Shown here piece by piece: positions 49,520-62,400 of a stretch of 64,000 bases of DNA (positions are counted from its first letter, which is position 1; the number at the start of each line of letters is the position of its first letter). Under the pieces are notes generated by a model. That model worked only from the letters and a program-made list of their open reading frames with translations, made no database searches and was not told where the DNA came from. Source of the DNA: Marsupella aquatica (lineage: Eukaryota; Plantae; Marchantiophyta); NCBI GenBank assembly GCA_973895155.1, contig OZ316898.1, forward strand, positions 7,613,079 to 7,677,078, given 5' to 3'. The translations under genes and the position numbers were made by a program.

Positions 49520-50204
49520 GTAAGCCCTGATCTGATAGTACAGATTTTTCAGTTTTGTTTAGTTTACCCTAAGTAGCTATCATGGTGAAATGAAACTCAG
49601 CCCCAACCCTTACTGGATAATTGTACTCTGCACTTGAAATCTACTTCACCGGCCCCACCATAGATTGAAATCTTGAAGATCCAACAACTTACCAAGTAGA
49701 ATGTCAAATCCGTATATTTTCATCCAAATATTAAGGAAAGACCCTATTCATCTTAAGCCAATAGGGTTGGACATAACTTTGTGAGTTCATTTAGTGGGTT
49801 TGGTCAACACCCAATTAGAGTAATTAAGGCTCTCCACTTAGGGTTGCAGATGCTGTTTGAGTGGCCCAATGACTGTTGTGTACTCCGGCCATTGTTGATA
49901 GGGATCAATTGCTGCCATAGCATGAATCTGGCACTTCAGTTTGGCATGCCACCACTGTAGATGGGAGGCCATGGTAATTACAATCAGGAGTGATTCAATC
50001 AAATGCACAAAGATGTAGACAAGTTTGCTTGTGAATTGTACAACTCATGAGTTGGTATTGGCATTTGGCACATGTTTCCTGTCAAGGTTGGGAGAGATCT
50101 CAATTTGCAATTTGCACTCCAATGCACACAATTCAAAGTTTGGGAGACTTGTGTACCTGGTTTGAACTTATAGAGTTATATTTTTAGCGCATAACCCTGG
50201 AGTA

Positions 50205-50626
50205 CACTACCTGCCCCCGCCAATAGTGTGTGTCAAAAGAGACTCGCCACTTTGGGCAATAAGGGGTCAGCTTACCAGGCCCCGTTTGAACTGACGGGCA
50301 ACTTGCCGAGTTGTTGGGCACGTCAACTCGTCACTTGCTGAGCGGAAATTGATCCAAATGTCGGATATTCTCCATTATTCCCCGGGTGGCGCCGGGATGG
50401 GCCGAGAAAGGCCAGGGTGGGGCTGGGACAGGCCGGGGGTCGGGCCGGGACAGGGCTGGGCTGGTCAGGTATGGGGAGGTCGGGTATGGGGAGGCCGGGA
50501 AGTCGAGATCAGGCGGTCGGGACGGTCTGGGTGACGAGTTGTCGGTTCACTGACTCTAAAGCCTCTATTTATCGGGCAAGTCCAAACCGGGTTACCAGGC
50601 ACTGGTGGGAGTAGAGTTAGGGAGTG
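50205..50626. mobile_element. Degenerate TA-flanked MITE-like element with a G-rich core
   Basis: TA|cactacct.. and ..agggagtg|TA termini. Internal inverted matches (caactcgtcac / gtgacgagttg; cccgtttgaac / gtccaaaccggg). G-run tract at ~50384-50500. Confidence 0.45.
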
Positions 50627-50752
50627 TAGTTTTGGCCCCACCCTAAGTTTGTCCCTTTGTGGGCTCTCCTATTGTACCTCATCTGATCCATTATTGGTTA
50701 AAAGGGAATTTTTCCAATGCACAAAAAGTAACCCTATCCAGATTCTCAATAG

Positions 50753-50871
50753 CGTTACCTCTCGCTCTGCACTACTGTAGCGATGGTGCTCGAGCTCTGC
50801 CTCCCGTCGTTCGTTACCACTCGCTCTGCACTACTGTAGCGATGGTGCTCGAGCTCTGCCTCCCGTCGTTC
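50753..50871. repeat. Near-perfect 59-bp tandem duplication upstream of GUN4
   Basis: cgttacc(t/a)ctcgctctgcactactgtagcgatggtgctcgagctctgcctcccgtcgtt x2. Confidence 0.92.
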
Positions 50872-51466
50872 TCTCCCTTCTCTCTGTTTCTCAATCATCA
50901 GTCTTTGGGAGCGCTCGTCTGATTCGCCAATTCGTTCGCAACGACACTAATAGGTTGAAGCATTGTGTTGAAGCTCCATTAATTATCACTCTCTCTCGTT
51001 CGTCCTTTCGTTCCCGTCTTTTGCAAGTACTGTAGGTCGCAGCATTTCTCAAAGCTCTGCTCACACTCCAGCTATCTTCTCGTTTCTGTTCAAGCATTTT
51101 GTGGAAGCTCAGCACAGAAATCTTAGCTTTACGAACTCTCTGCTCTGTCTGTGCGCGAGCATTTCGGGCGTTTAGTGATCTTTGAATGCGGTGGTCTTTG
51201 AATTTGACGTACTAAGATTTCTGCAATGATGCATGGCTCCTGCAGTTCGCTTGAACGTCTCTAAGGCAATCGGGACTCCCGGTTTCTTCTTCCCCTGTCC
51301 CGTGCGATTCCTTCCTGCCGACAAGGGTCTTTGCGGACGGACGGACAACACTTTGGCTAGGGAGAGCCCTCTCTTCACTCAGGAATTGTTTGCGGAAGGA
51401 GAAGCGTTTGCCAGGCGATTCCAATTCCCTCGAGGTGTTGCTTAAAAATAGGGAGCTAGAGCGATA

Positions 51467-52312
51467 ATGATGTCGCTGGAAGCCGTAACGGGCGCCATGG
51501 GAGTCGGAGTCGGAGTGGCGATAGGCTCTCCTCGCCTGCCGGTTAGACAGCAGCAGCAGCAGCTTCGGCAATGTGTGCAGGTACCATCATCGTTATCCGT
51601 GTCACCTTATGTCAAGACGACGTCTCATAGGGTGTGCTTGAGAGTGGTAGCAACAGCAGCATCTTCAGCATCATCAATTTCCAGGCCGCAGCAGGAGGTG
51701 GATTTGAACTCGGAGGTTGGAGTGAGCTACGAAACACTTCGGGACAAGCTTGCGGCTGGAGAATGGGAAGCAGCAGATGCTGAGACGAGGCAGTTGTTGT
51801 GTGTGCTTGCCGGCGATACTGCTGTGAAACGTAAATGGGTCTATTACTCCGAGGTGCAGTTCATCCCAGAAGTAGACTTGAAGACTATAGATGGGTTATG
51901 GAGAGCCTACAGCGACAATAAGTTTGGTTACTCCGTACAGCGCCGCATTTGGAAAAATTGTAATGAGAGCTGGACAGTCTTTTTTTCCAAGGTGGGATGG
52001 ACGAGACAGATGGCTGACTCTCGAAACAGCGCTTATAAGAAGTTCCCGCTCGAGTTCATGTGGGATGTTGCGGACCCGACTCCACTAGGCCATTTGCCTC
52101 TGACCAATGCTCTACGTGGGACTCAGCTTCTCGAGAAGTTGCTCTCCCATCCTGCCTTCGAATTCGCTGATGATGAAGAGAAATTGCTCCTACCGGACAC
52201 AGATGGTGTATTCTCACAACCTTCTCAAGAGCAACAGCAACCGCAACAAAGTCCTCAGCCACAAAGAGGAGTCTATACAGAGAATGATTTGGCTGTCGAC
52301 TACGGATTTTAG
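51467..52312 (+). CDS. GUN4: Tetrapyrrole-binding protein GUN4 (Mg-chelatase cofactor), chloroplast precursor
   Basis: Intronless, 281 aa, with a Ser/Val/Ala-rich transit-peptide-like N-terminus. Motifs: YETLRDKLAAGEWEAADAETRQLL, AVKRKWVYYSEVQFIP, DLKTIDGLWRAYSDNKFGYSVQRRIW, GHLPLTNALRGTQLL. Confidence 0.96.
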   Translation: MMSLEAVTGAMGVGVGVAIGSPRLPVRQQQQQLRQCVQVPSSLSVSPYVKTTSHRVCLRVVATAASSASSISRPQQEVDLNSEVGVSYETLRDKLAAGEWEAADAETRQLLCVLAGDTAVKRKWVYYSEVQFIPEVDLKTIDGLWRAYSDNKFGYSVQRRIWKNCNESWTVFFSKVGWTRQMADSRNSAYKKFPLEFMWDVADPTPLGHLPLTNALRGTQLLEKLLSHPAFEFADDEEKLLLPDTDGVFSQPSQEQQQPQQSPQPQRGVYTENDLAVDYGF

Positions 52313-55284
52313 TTTGATTTTAATTTCTACTCCGAGCATCTCCAATTGGTCTTCTAGCTTAGAGCGAAAATGTTGTAGTGTTGAATGCAGATTGGTCGGA
52401 AGGTCATCTCTGTGGTCTGCACAATGATCTGGAAAGAATTATCTGCATCTGGCCGAAGTCGTCTGAAGACATTCACAAACTCATAAACTTCAACAAACTT
52501 GCTTTTCAGTGCCTCGTCCTGAATCTCCAGTCTTATCATAATACTGGACTTGTCGAGTGGCTGCGAGCTAAGTTGTTGCAGTCCAATTTTCAGCAATTTG
52601 ATAAGCATTTGTAACATTTTTATGCCCTAAGTTGACCAGGAAGGAAAAGCGTGATCCTGACAATTTTATGAGGGACAGAGAATTAGATCTGGTGGTAAAG
52701 AGTGGACTACTGTTCCTATGGTTTAGCTGTGTTCTAGGATCAGAGCCATATCAATGGAATATCCTGTCAACTTGTTTTGTCATCAACTTGAAGTCTGAAG
52801 AACTCTGGGCTTTCGAGATGATGATGCTAGTTAATCTCACCTAATGCAAAGTTTGAGCACACTCGTTCAGAGTGAAAGTGCTACGATCATCCATCTGTTC
52901 CATCTTTCAACACTTGCTTTTTATGTCCTCATGTGATATTAGCATTCTTCTGGCCAGATGAGATTGGAGCCACCTTTGCCTTGTAATGCCTGTTCCATTG
53001 GTTTGCATATGTCGAGAAATTGGTTGAGGAAATTGATCAAGCTTCAACCGGTCAAAGAGTCTGCTCAAAGCTTGGAGGGACGGTAAGGGCTTAGAACGTA
53101 GAGACTCGTGGCTCTGCCCTGCAAGGAGTTTCACTGGTATGCAATTAGGATTTTCGAAACAGAGTACAAGTTATTTTTAAGCCAAGAACAGCTGCGATGA
53201 TAACTCGTCTCCAGACACCTATGAGCTGCACGTTCGATTGGTGTTTTTCCCAGCAGGATTGTCCGTAATATTTAGGAGGCACAAATGTCGACAAGATGAC
53301 AGTTGGTTGATAGTGTGTTTGCTATGCTTGGGGATCAACCCTCACCGTGGAGCTGGTGATAAAAGCCATTATGAGAAGGACATTGGAGAGTTTCCGGCTT
53401 GCCATCCCGGGTAGGACATCGTATAGTAAGTGAGAGGGTCAGGAAAGTCACCACAATGATTTATGTACAACAGTATACGATCTACCTAGTTCTGGTAACA
53501 AACTGAAATTCCGTCACCTTCAACGTGGTGCTCCAACTGTGTTGAAAAGACTCGGCTCATTGACAGGAAAAGTACGGCCGAGTGGAGCCTAAGATTGTTT
53601 TTTTGCAACAGTATTCCCAAACCTTTCGAATTTGAGAATTAAAAAATTAAGTTCTCCGATCGCCTACTGTTCATCTCCCATAACCTTGAGCACGATGGCT
53701 CGTTGCCTTGCCATCTTGACTGAAAGAATCGCCTTCAGTAGCAAAGAACAGTGCAGCTGCAAGGTTTGGAGTTGTGATAGTTCAGTATGTACCAAGTGGC
53801 TCAATCGTTGTCCAGGTTATCTGTAGATCAACAGCAACGGAGGTAAGATTGTGAATATAAATGGTGTTCTGGTTTGACTATCCTGTGTTACATTCATAAA
53901 GAGCTGATACCATTACAAATCTGTTGAGGTATCACCATGTGACTTCAAAGTTTAAGATTAGACATGTTCTGTAATTCATTGCCTGTGATCTTCAGATGAG
54001 AGATGTGGAAGATTGCACATTTCTTAAATGCAGTTTTGAGTGCTAGCATGCACAGTAAGCTCGAGTTATTTGGACTTCTTCAATGTACTTGGTTCCCTTT
54101 CTTGTTGTTCTCGACAATTTTCGAATCACCATTTCCAGTAGATAGGTTTGATGGTCAAGTAATTTGACAGTTTTGATGGACTCTTTTGATAGACCAACTT
54201 CCATTGATAATTTTTTGAAACTGCCAACATAACTGGATTGTTCGACATTGAGAATGCGATATTTGTGTTCAAGCAGAGGTGAAGAATGATGACCGTAGTC
54301 TAGCTCGACCAGACCGTTTCTGCCATAGCCCAAAAGCGCCATTTCAACGTTTACATGATTTGAATAAACCTTGAACAGCCGGTCCTGGCTTATTTGTGGT
54401 CGCAGTTGGGGTTTCAGGAAACACAAATCTACAGTGAACCCATTGATCTCAACCTGAAAAAATGCTCCGGGACATGGCGACAGGTTTTTCCTCAGTCAAG
54501 TTAAGGAAAAATATGAACCAGTACGTACATATCTAGCTGTCGAACAGGATTGCAAGAAAGGGACTTTGGTTCTGCAACGTCTTCGACTATTAGGCTGGGC
54601 TTGGACGGGACCGGCAACATTTAACCCAAATTCTCACATCAATTTCTATTTGCTAGTTGCTTTGTCTAATTTTGACGAGTGTCGTCATACCAGTAAACAA
54701 TCCCTTTCATAACATGTTGGCTGCATTACCTAGCTCCGTTCGATGCATGACAACAATTTCACATCATTCAATCTGATATTTACTGTAATCCGATACATGA
54801 AAAACAAATCATGGGCACACCTCCTTTCGCCAAGAAGTATCAATTTATTCGATATAATGAGTGGTGTGTTGCAGAATGATCTGCGGACATTGCGAGATAG
54901 GTCCTCGTGCAATCTTTTGATCAACTTACTAAACACCGTCTAGAAATACGCAATGTGTGTACTGCAGTCTCAAAATCTCACCTTCATGATCATCTATATG
55001 ATGAGCATGTAGCATGATACTAGCCGTGAGCACAAACACCTTATTCGTGCAGAAGACCTACTCCTGCTTCTACGGTAATGGAGCGGGTGGTAGTACTAGC
55101 CTCACTCCACCTCACAATCCTACAAGCTTTCACGAGTAAACACACTCACATCTGAGAACTGTGAGCGCGACACTCACATAACATCAGACAACGTTCTATC
55201 TCCTAGTCTGTAACTGCTAATCCGGCGCGCAGCCTCTCATCAAGATAGAAGACGACTCTGCCGGTTAGGGAGCGGAGAGTCGCA

Positions 55285-56853
55285 CTACCAGCCGAAGTTG
55301 TACTTGTATTCGTAAGTTTGCCCCAATTTCCAGTCGGCCGGGACAGCATTCCAGAAAGTCCAAGTCTTCTGATATGAGGCGTCTCCGACTGTCGCCCGGA
55401 AAGTTAGTGTCTGACCAAGGAACTGGGTAACCAATGTCCAGACCTGACCCCAATTGTGATTCAGGGCGTTGAATGATTCAGAGTCCGACCCTTTAATGGA
55501 AAGGGCCTGAATGTTACCAGCTCCTCCGACGTTGGTCACCAACACGCTAATGTACCACGGGCTTCCACTGATTGTGAAGCGGATACCGCCCTCTTTGTGG
55601 CAAGGAACCCTGTAATGAAACCGCAAGACATTCAGTAAGTACATTGATAAAGACCTCGGGTGAAAAGTAGATAACAGTGAAACGGAACGTTGTTCAATTG
55701 TCTCTAAATGTCATTGGCATCTCACAGCCGTAGAGTAACGAGGCAACTGTAACAAGCGCACGACTGCATTATCAACTATGAGTTAGCTCACAAAACAATC
55801 CGCAGCCGGTCACATAGGCAATAGCGGTTGCGTTAGTGTCGGCTTATGTAAGCCATCTGTCGAATGATCATCTCGAATATCTATCTACGTGTATACAATA
55901 CTTCTCAACAAACACAAAACGGACGACAGATTGAATGAGCAGCTTTTGCAAGTTTCTCTGAAGATAAATATAATGCACTCGGTCAAGGTGGGAAGCGACT
56001 TACCTCTTATAATGAACCGGAATGACTCCGCCGACAGCCTGCGCAAGCTGGGTGAATGCAGGATATGCCAAGTCGAAGTGTGTCTTCGGATAGTCGCACC
56101 AGCCGCCAAAGGAACCTTGCGGACAGTAGTTGGTGGCCGTCACGTAAAGGACGTTGTCTCCATAACACCATTTGGTCTGTGAGGTGTCGCATTGAAGTGC
56201 AAAGCAAGCTCCGCAACTCAGCCCGTCATTGAACAACACATGGCTCAGCGCGGCCGTGTTCGTTCCATATCCCTGCCAGTAAAGGTTACCGTATCCGCAA
56301 GCACCCTCTGCACAAACAGTCATCTTCAAATATCAGATCGAAACCCAGCTTCCAGACCCGTTCGAGTTCGATTAAATCAAGCTTTTCAGAGTATCAAGAT
56401 TGCGAGTGCATACTGAAAGAAGACTCAAGTTCAGATTCACTAGTCAGCACGTAAAGTAATGTTTTCTTCGACGGATCGACAGTGCATACTGAAAGAAGAC
56501 TCCAGTTCAGATTCACTAGTCAGCACGTAAAGTAATGTTTTCTTCGACGGATCGACGATGTTAGAAAAGTCGCGCTATTGCGAGTCGCGCTATTGCGAGT
56601 GCATACTGAAAGAAGACTCAAGTTCAGATTCACTAGTCAGCACGTAAAGCAATGTTCGACGGATCGACGATGTTAGAAAAGTCGCGCTAGTTCACTTACG
56701 CATAGTTCCCGAAGCATCTTGTCCACCGTAGAATGTAGCGTGAGCTCCTGACGTCCACTCTGTGACCGCATACTGCTGTGCACGCACGGAGGCTGCCCAA
56801 GAGCAAAGCGCAACCAAACAAAGGAAGACCCGAGCGCCGCTCATAATTGCCAT
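55285..56853 (-). CDS. EXPA: Alpha-expansin, ~260 aa with signal peptide
   Basis: Exons 56853-56700, 56307-56004, 55609-55285 (783 nt). Motifs: [89 protein letters not shown]. Confidence 0.96.
56404..56690. repeat. Three-copy tandem repeat (~78-100 bp) in expansin intron 1
   Basis: agtgcatactgaaagaagactc.agttcagattcactagtcagcacgtaaag.aatgtt..cgacggatcgac x3. Confidence 0.9.
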
Positions 56854-56992
56854 CTCTCGTCACCGTTCACTACCTCACAACCTAGAGTTTGAAGGCACTG
56901 AGGCACTGATCGGCAGAGACTTGAGAGCTATTGAGAAGCTGCGCTGGGTCGCAAGAGGAAGCGAATGTCTCCAATGTCGAGCTGCGGGACAT

Positions 56993-56999
56993 ATTTATA
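56993..56999 (-). promoter_or_regulatory. Probable TATA box of the expansin gene
   Basis: TATAAAT on the minus strand, ~140 bp upstream of the ATG. Confidence 0.6.
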
Positions 57000-57010
57000 C
57001 ACCAGAGGTC

Positions 57011-57302
57011 GGCGACGGAATGCAATAGGGGACGCATTTTGGATGGCGAGGAAATGCAATAGGGGCTGCATGTTTGGTCGGCTACTGAATGGAATAGGGG
57101 ACGCATGTTTGGATGGCGAAGAAATGCAATAGGGGATGCATGTTTGGATGGCGAAGAAGATTGCAATAGGGGACGGATGTTTGGTCGGCGAAGAAATGCA
57201 ATAGGGGATGCATGTTTGGATGGCGAAGAAGAATGCAATAGGGGACTCCTGTTTGGATGGCGAAGAAATCCAATAGGGGACGCATGTTTGGATGGCGAAG
57301 AT
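57011..57302. repeat. Minisatellite, ~35-37-bp unit x8, abutting the expansin TATA box
   Basis: Consensus ggcgaagaaatgcaataggggacgcatgtttggat. Confidence 0.92.
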
Positions 57303-57649
57303 GGAAAACCTGAGGGAAAGAACGAACGACAGTCTCTCCGTTGCAGTCGATGTCCAACAAACTATCTATCGAAGTGAGTTGGCAGGGTCTATCCAGGGAT
57401 CGTCCGACCCCATTATTCCAGGCCCTGCTGGGTGCGTTTGAGTACGTGCCTTTCTCGAGAGCAATTGAGTATTGGAAACATGTCAAGGAAGCAACCAAAG
57501 TCCAGTCGTCGCAGTCCCTGTCGATCCATGTCGAAGCGCATGGAAAACTATCGAGATGACAACTATCGAGATGACTTGGCAATCTATCCACTCAGGGAGA
57601 TATACGCTGGATGTACGAACAAACCAAAGTTTTCTAACCTCGCGAGGTT

Positions 57650-58080
57650 TTGGGTCCGTTGATTTAGGGTCTGTCAAGGTTGATCGATGGTCTGCATCAC
57701 TTATGGGGTCGATTAAGTAACGCTTTTGATTTTGGGGTCCTTCAAGCGTATATTTAGGTCTACGAAAGATGATTTAGGGTCTATCAAAGTCTATCAATGG
57801 TCAGGATCACTCTTGGGGTCTGTTGATTTAGGGTCTATCAAGGTCTATCAATGGTCCCGATCATGGGTCAAGGAACTTAGACTTTTCATGTTGGAGTTCT
57901 TTCTAGCATATACATCTACGTATCCATGGTGTCCATCAAGATATCCTTTTTCATTTTGGGGTCCTTCAAGTGTATAACTCAGTCTAGGTAAGTTCAATTG
58001 GGTCTATCACTGTATATAAATGGTCTGGATCACTCATGGGGTGTATCAAGTAATACTTTTCATTCTGGGGTCCATCAAAT
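57650..58080. repeat. Degenerate tandem repeat with gatttagggtct / ggggtc units
   Basis: Recurrent gatttagggtct.tcaa.gtctatcaatggtc..gatcac....ggggt motifs. Confidence 0.6.
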
Positions 58081-59101
58081 ATATTAACTGACATCCAGGT
58101 ATCATCTACCCCAATTTTCCATCCATGCCTACCCTTTCTCAAGCAATTGAGATCGGAAAGAGTCTCTCTGGTTGCAGTAAGTCTCTGTGGAATCTAAAAT
58201 AATTATCTCAAACACTTCAAATATTCATTAGAAATTTTAAATAAAATTTATGGATTGATTGTTTGTCTTATAAACTATCTCACACAAAGCTCATTACAAA
58301 ATGAACATTCTCAAAACGCTACTCGATCTCCTTTACAAACTATTCATGAATTACTCATTTATCATTTTTTTTCAATTTTAACAAACTCAAGTAACAATAG
58401 TTTTAGAACTCTCTTATACTCAAATTAATCCGCAAACTTTACATGTGTTGCTAGTTTTGAAATATTATCCTAGCTCACCTAAAAATAATTTTTTTCGTAT
58501 AATTCCAACATTTTATGACTAAAGGTATCAAAGTTTTACTAACATATATAAGCCTCTTTGTTTTTATTCTTGAAAACTTTTTAATCTTATTTAACTTAAT
58601 ATTTGTTACTTTATTGCAAAGTAAACATAGAATACTCTCTTTGTCAAATTAATGTTTTTGTACTTTTTGGCAAACTCTTCACTCATAGCTTTCTTTGTCT
58701 CTATTGGATCATGTTTGAATCATTTTCTTTGTCTTGACTGGTCTTTCTTTTGAGCATTTTTGAAATGTTTCTTAAGTTTATTTTTGCTTTTTAAAGGGTT
58801 TGTTAAAATTGATGCCAGATTCAGTTTCATGAATTCATGAAGCTTTTGGATTTTACAAGCTTCATAAATTCAAGAAGATTTTGGATTTACAAGCTACATG
58901 AATTCATGAAGCTAAGAATATATGAGAGGGCAAAGTTGGGCGAGCAACAATCTGTGATGGGCAATGGGTGAGCTATGATGGGCGAGGTGCAATAGGCAGG
59001 CTGCCCTTGGCTGCAATAGGCAAGGCAAAGTGTGTTTGGCAAAAGGCAAGGGGCAATCGGCAATGAGGGATCCCATTAGGGATTAGCTAAGAAGAGTTAT
59101 G

Positions 59102-59445
59102 TGTTGAGCATAGATGACATTCGCAACGGCAAGCCCATGAACCATCCAACGCACAAGAGTCGACACAGAGAGATACGTGGTTCACCTCCACATGAGGCTA
59201 CGTCCACGGGAACACACAAGAGCTTTACTGCACTCTAGGCCGACCGGCCATACCAAGCATCCACAGCACAAGCTCTTCCTATCTCTCAACTAGCTCCGTA
59301 ACAATGAGCCTAAGTTCCACCAGGGTCTGGCATCAGCCCTGGCTATATGCACAATAGCACTACCGCTAACATTAGCTAAGTCCTAACCCGAGTTAGCCTA
59401 ACTGTAGTTAGCTCATGAGTCACAAGACTAGAGCAATATCTAACA
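59102..59445 (-). repeat. 3' LTR (~344 bp) of the copia element
   Basis: The minus strand reads PPT aagggggag-tt, then TGTTAG...CTCAACA (TG..CA termini). Confidence 0.8.
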
Positions 59446-62400
59446 AACTCCCCCTTGACTCTTGTCTTGGGGACTAGACTAAATGCTACCATATGGAATC
59501 CTCAGCGGGAAGTTCTAGACAATCACCAAACCAGGTCTCCCCCTAAAAACCACAAGGGTTAACTAAGGGTTAACTAGAACTAAGCCGTAGCCTAACAGGA
59601 ATGAGTAATCCATATACAAATAGTCACACATTGCTAAATAACTCTACTTGCACTACAACTGCAAAACCTGCAAAGTAGCACGGTGTCTTGAGAAACTCTC
59701 CAAAGGAATCACTTTGGTAAAAGCATCAGCGGGATTGAGCTTTCCATCAATCTTGACTAGCTCAAAAGTTTTATCAGACACTGCTTGCCTGATAAAATGG
59801 TACCTGATATCAATGTGCTTCACCCTGCTATCCATCACCTGGTTAGCAGCCAAGTGAAGAGCACTCTGACTATCACAGTTTAGAGTCATTTTTCCATGCT
59901 CTAAACCCATCTCCGCAATCAACTTATCCAACCAAATTGCTTCCTTTGCAGCTTCTGCTGCTGCAACATACTCTGCTTCTGTAGTAGACTGAGATATGCA
60001 CTTCTGCAAGGTAGATTTCCAACTGATACATCCTCCTCCAAGAGTGTATACAAACCTTGTTGTAGATCTCCTTGTATCCAGACAGCCTCCATAGTCAGAA
60101 TCTACATAGCCAACTAACATTCTATTTGATCTGTTATCAAATAGTAATCCATAGTCCTGTGTTCCCTTCACATACCTGAGAATCCATTTCACAGCTTCCC
60201 AATGTACCTTCCCTGGATTTGACATGAATCTGCTAACCTTGCCCATCGCTAGGGCTAAGTCAGGCCTAGTACAAGTCATCAAATACATCAGACTGCCTAC
60301 TGCCTTCTCATAAGGAATCTTAGCCATCAAACCTTTCTCCACAGCATCCGTAGGAGAGAAAGCCGATGATAACTTAAAATGTGAAGCTAAAGGAATACTC
60401 ACTGGCTTACAGTTCTCCATGTTGAATCGTGCAAGTACTTTCCTCGCATACTGGCCTTGATTCAAGCACAACTGTCCAGTATCAGAGTTCCTAAAAATCT
60501 CCATCCTTAAGATCCTCTTGGCCTTACCAAGATCCTTCATCCTGAATTCAGCACTCAATTTCGCCTTGAGACTGTCAACCTCAGATTGATCTTTAGCCAC
60601 AATCAGCATGTCATCCACATAGATCACCAGAATGATGAAACCAAATACATCATTCTTGACTGATTTCGTATACACACAAGGATCATACACCATCCTTGTA
60701 AAACCTTGAGCAAGCATGAAATCATCAAACCGCTTGTTCCACTGTCTGGGAGACTGCTTCAATCCATACAAGGATTTGAGCAATCTGCAAACTAAGTTCT
60801 CTTGGCCCTTCTTCATAAAGCCTAGTGGCTGTCTCATGAAGATCATCTCTTCCAAGTTGCCATAGAGAAAAGTAGTAACAACATCCATTTGATCCATCAC
60901 CAGATTAAAAAACACAACAAGCTGACACAAGATCCGAATTGTGGAATACTTAGCCACCGGTGAAAAGACCTCATTGTAATCGACTCCTTTCTCCTGAGTA
61001 AACCCCTTGGCAACAAGCCTTGCCTTGTAGATCTTATCTCCACCCTATGAAGGACTGTCCTTCAACTTGTAAATCCACTTACTGTCCATCACTTGCTGAC
61101 CTCTTGGAAGCTCCACCAGCTCCCATGTCTTGTTGTCACTCAAAGATTGCAACTCCCTCTACATTGCTGCATTCCACTCATGCTTCTGCTCTGAAGCACA
61201 AGCCTCACTATACGAAGAAGGCTCTCCTTCTTCCAAGATCAAAGCCATATCATCTTCATCAGGTGCAATGTCAATATCATCTAGCTTAGATGAGTCTGCC
61301 CATTGACCATACCTGGTAGGAGCTCTAGTAGAACGACTGGAAGTTCTTCTAGTAGATGACTCAGGCTGATCTGTTGCTGCTACTGGTTGAATTTGAGGTA
61401 CCCAGCAACAATTTGCTCCTCTTGTTCCATCACAGGAACCAGCTCCAAGCTCGGAGCTTCTCCATCTTTCCTGTCATGAACTGCATCATGACTAATCTCC
61501 CCCTCAACCCGGTCCGGGATGGGAGATTTCCCCTTGTCAGTATGGGAGTCCTGAGAACTCTCCCCCTCCTTTGATGATCTGGATTCATTAAAGGACACAT
61601 CTCTACTGACAATTAGCTTACAGGTTACTGGATCCCATAACCTATAACCCTTCACACCTTTCTGATAGCCAAGGAAAATGCACTTCTTCGACTTGGACTC
61701 CAGCTTGGATCGAAGCTGGGAAGGTGTAAGCACATAAGCATCACATCCAAAAATCCTCAGATGTGAATAATCTGCTGGACGCCCGTACCTCATTTCATAT
61801 GGCGTCTTGAATCCAATAGAACTGGATGGAGAAAAATTTACCAAATAAGCTGCAGTGTTAACAGCTTCAGCCCAAAACTCATGTGGTAAGCATGATTGAC
61901 TCAACATACTCCTCGAGCGGTCCAATAGTGTTCGGTTGAGTCTCTCAGAAACACCATTCTGCTGAGGAGTATAACTTGTTGTGAGATGGCGGGTAATCCC
62001 TTGCTCCTTACAATACGTTCCAAATTCCCCGGAACTGTATTCACCGCCGTTATCCGATCGAAGATATCTCACCTTATTACCAGTCTAATTCTCAACCTGG
62101 GCTTTCCACTCCTTAAAAATGGCAAAAACATCAGACTTATTGTGTAGAAAGTATATCCACACATACCTTGAGTAATCGTCTATAAACGTGACATAGTATA
62201 ACCGTCCAGAATGTGAGGGAGTAGGGGCTGGACCCCACACATTACTATGTACATACTCAAGTACCTCCTTGCTGGTGTGAGTTCCAACTCCGAAGGGTTT
62301 CCTGTGCTGCTTCCCTAGCACACAGTGCTCACAAAATTCTAACTTACAAGACTGCAAATTAGAAAGTAATCCTTTCTTCTGAAGAATAACCAAACCTTTT

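Noticed and set aside
50349-50614. Gly/Arg/Trp-rich ORFs
   Set aside because: Translations of the G-rich tract, with no domain features.
57011-57302. CRISPR-like regular repeats
   Set aside because: Units are contiguous with no unique spacers, there are no cas genes and the context is eukaryotic. It is a minisatellite, and the ORFs across it (56882-57591) are repeat artefacts.
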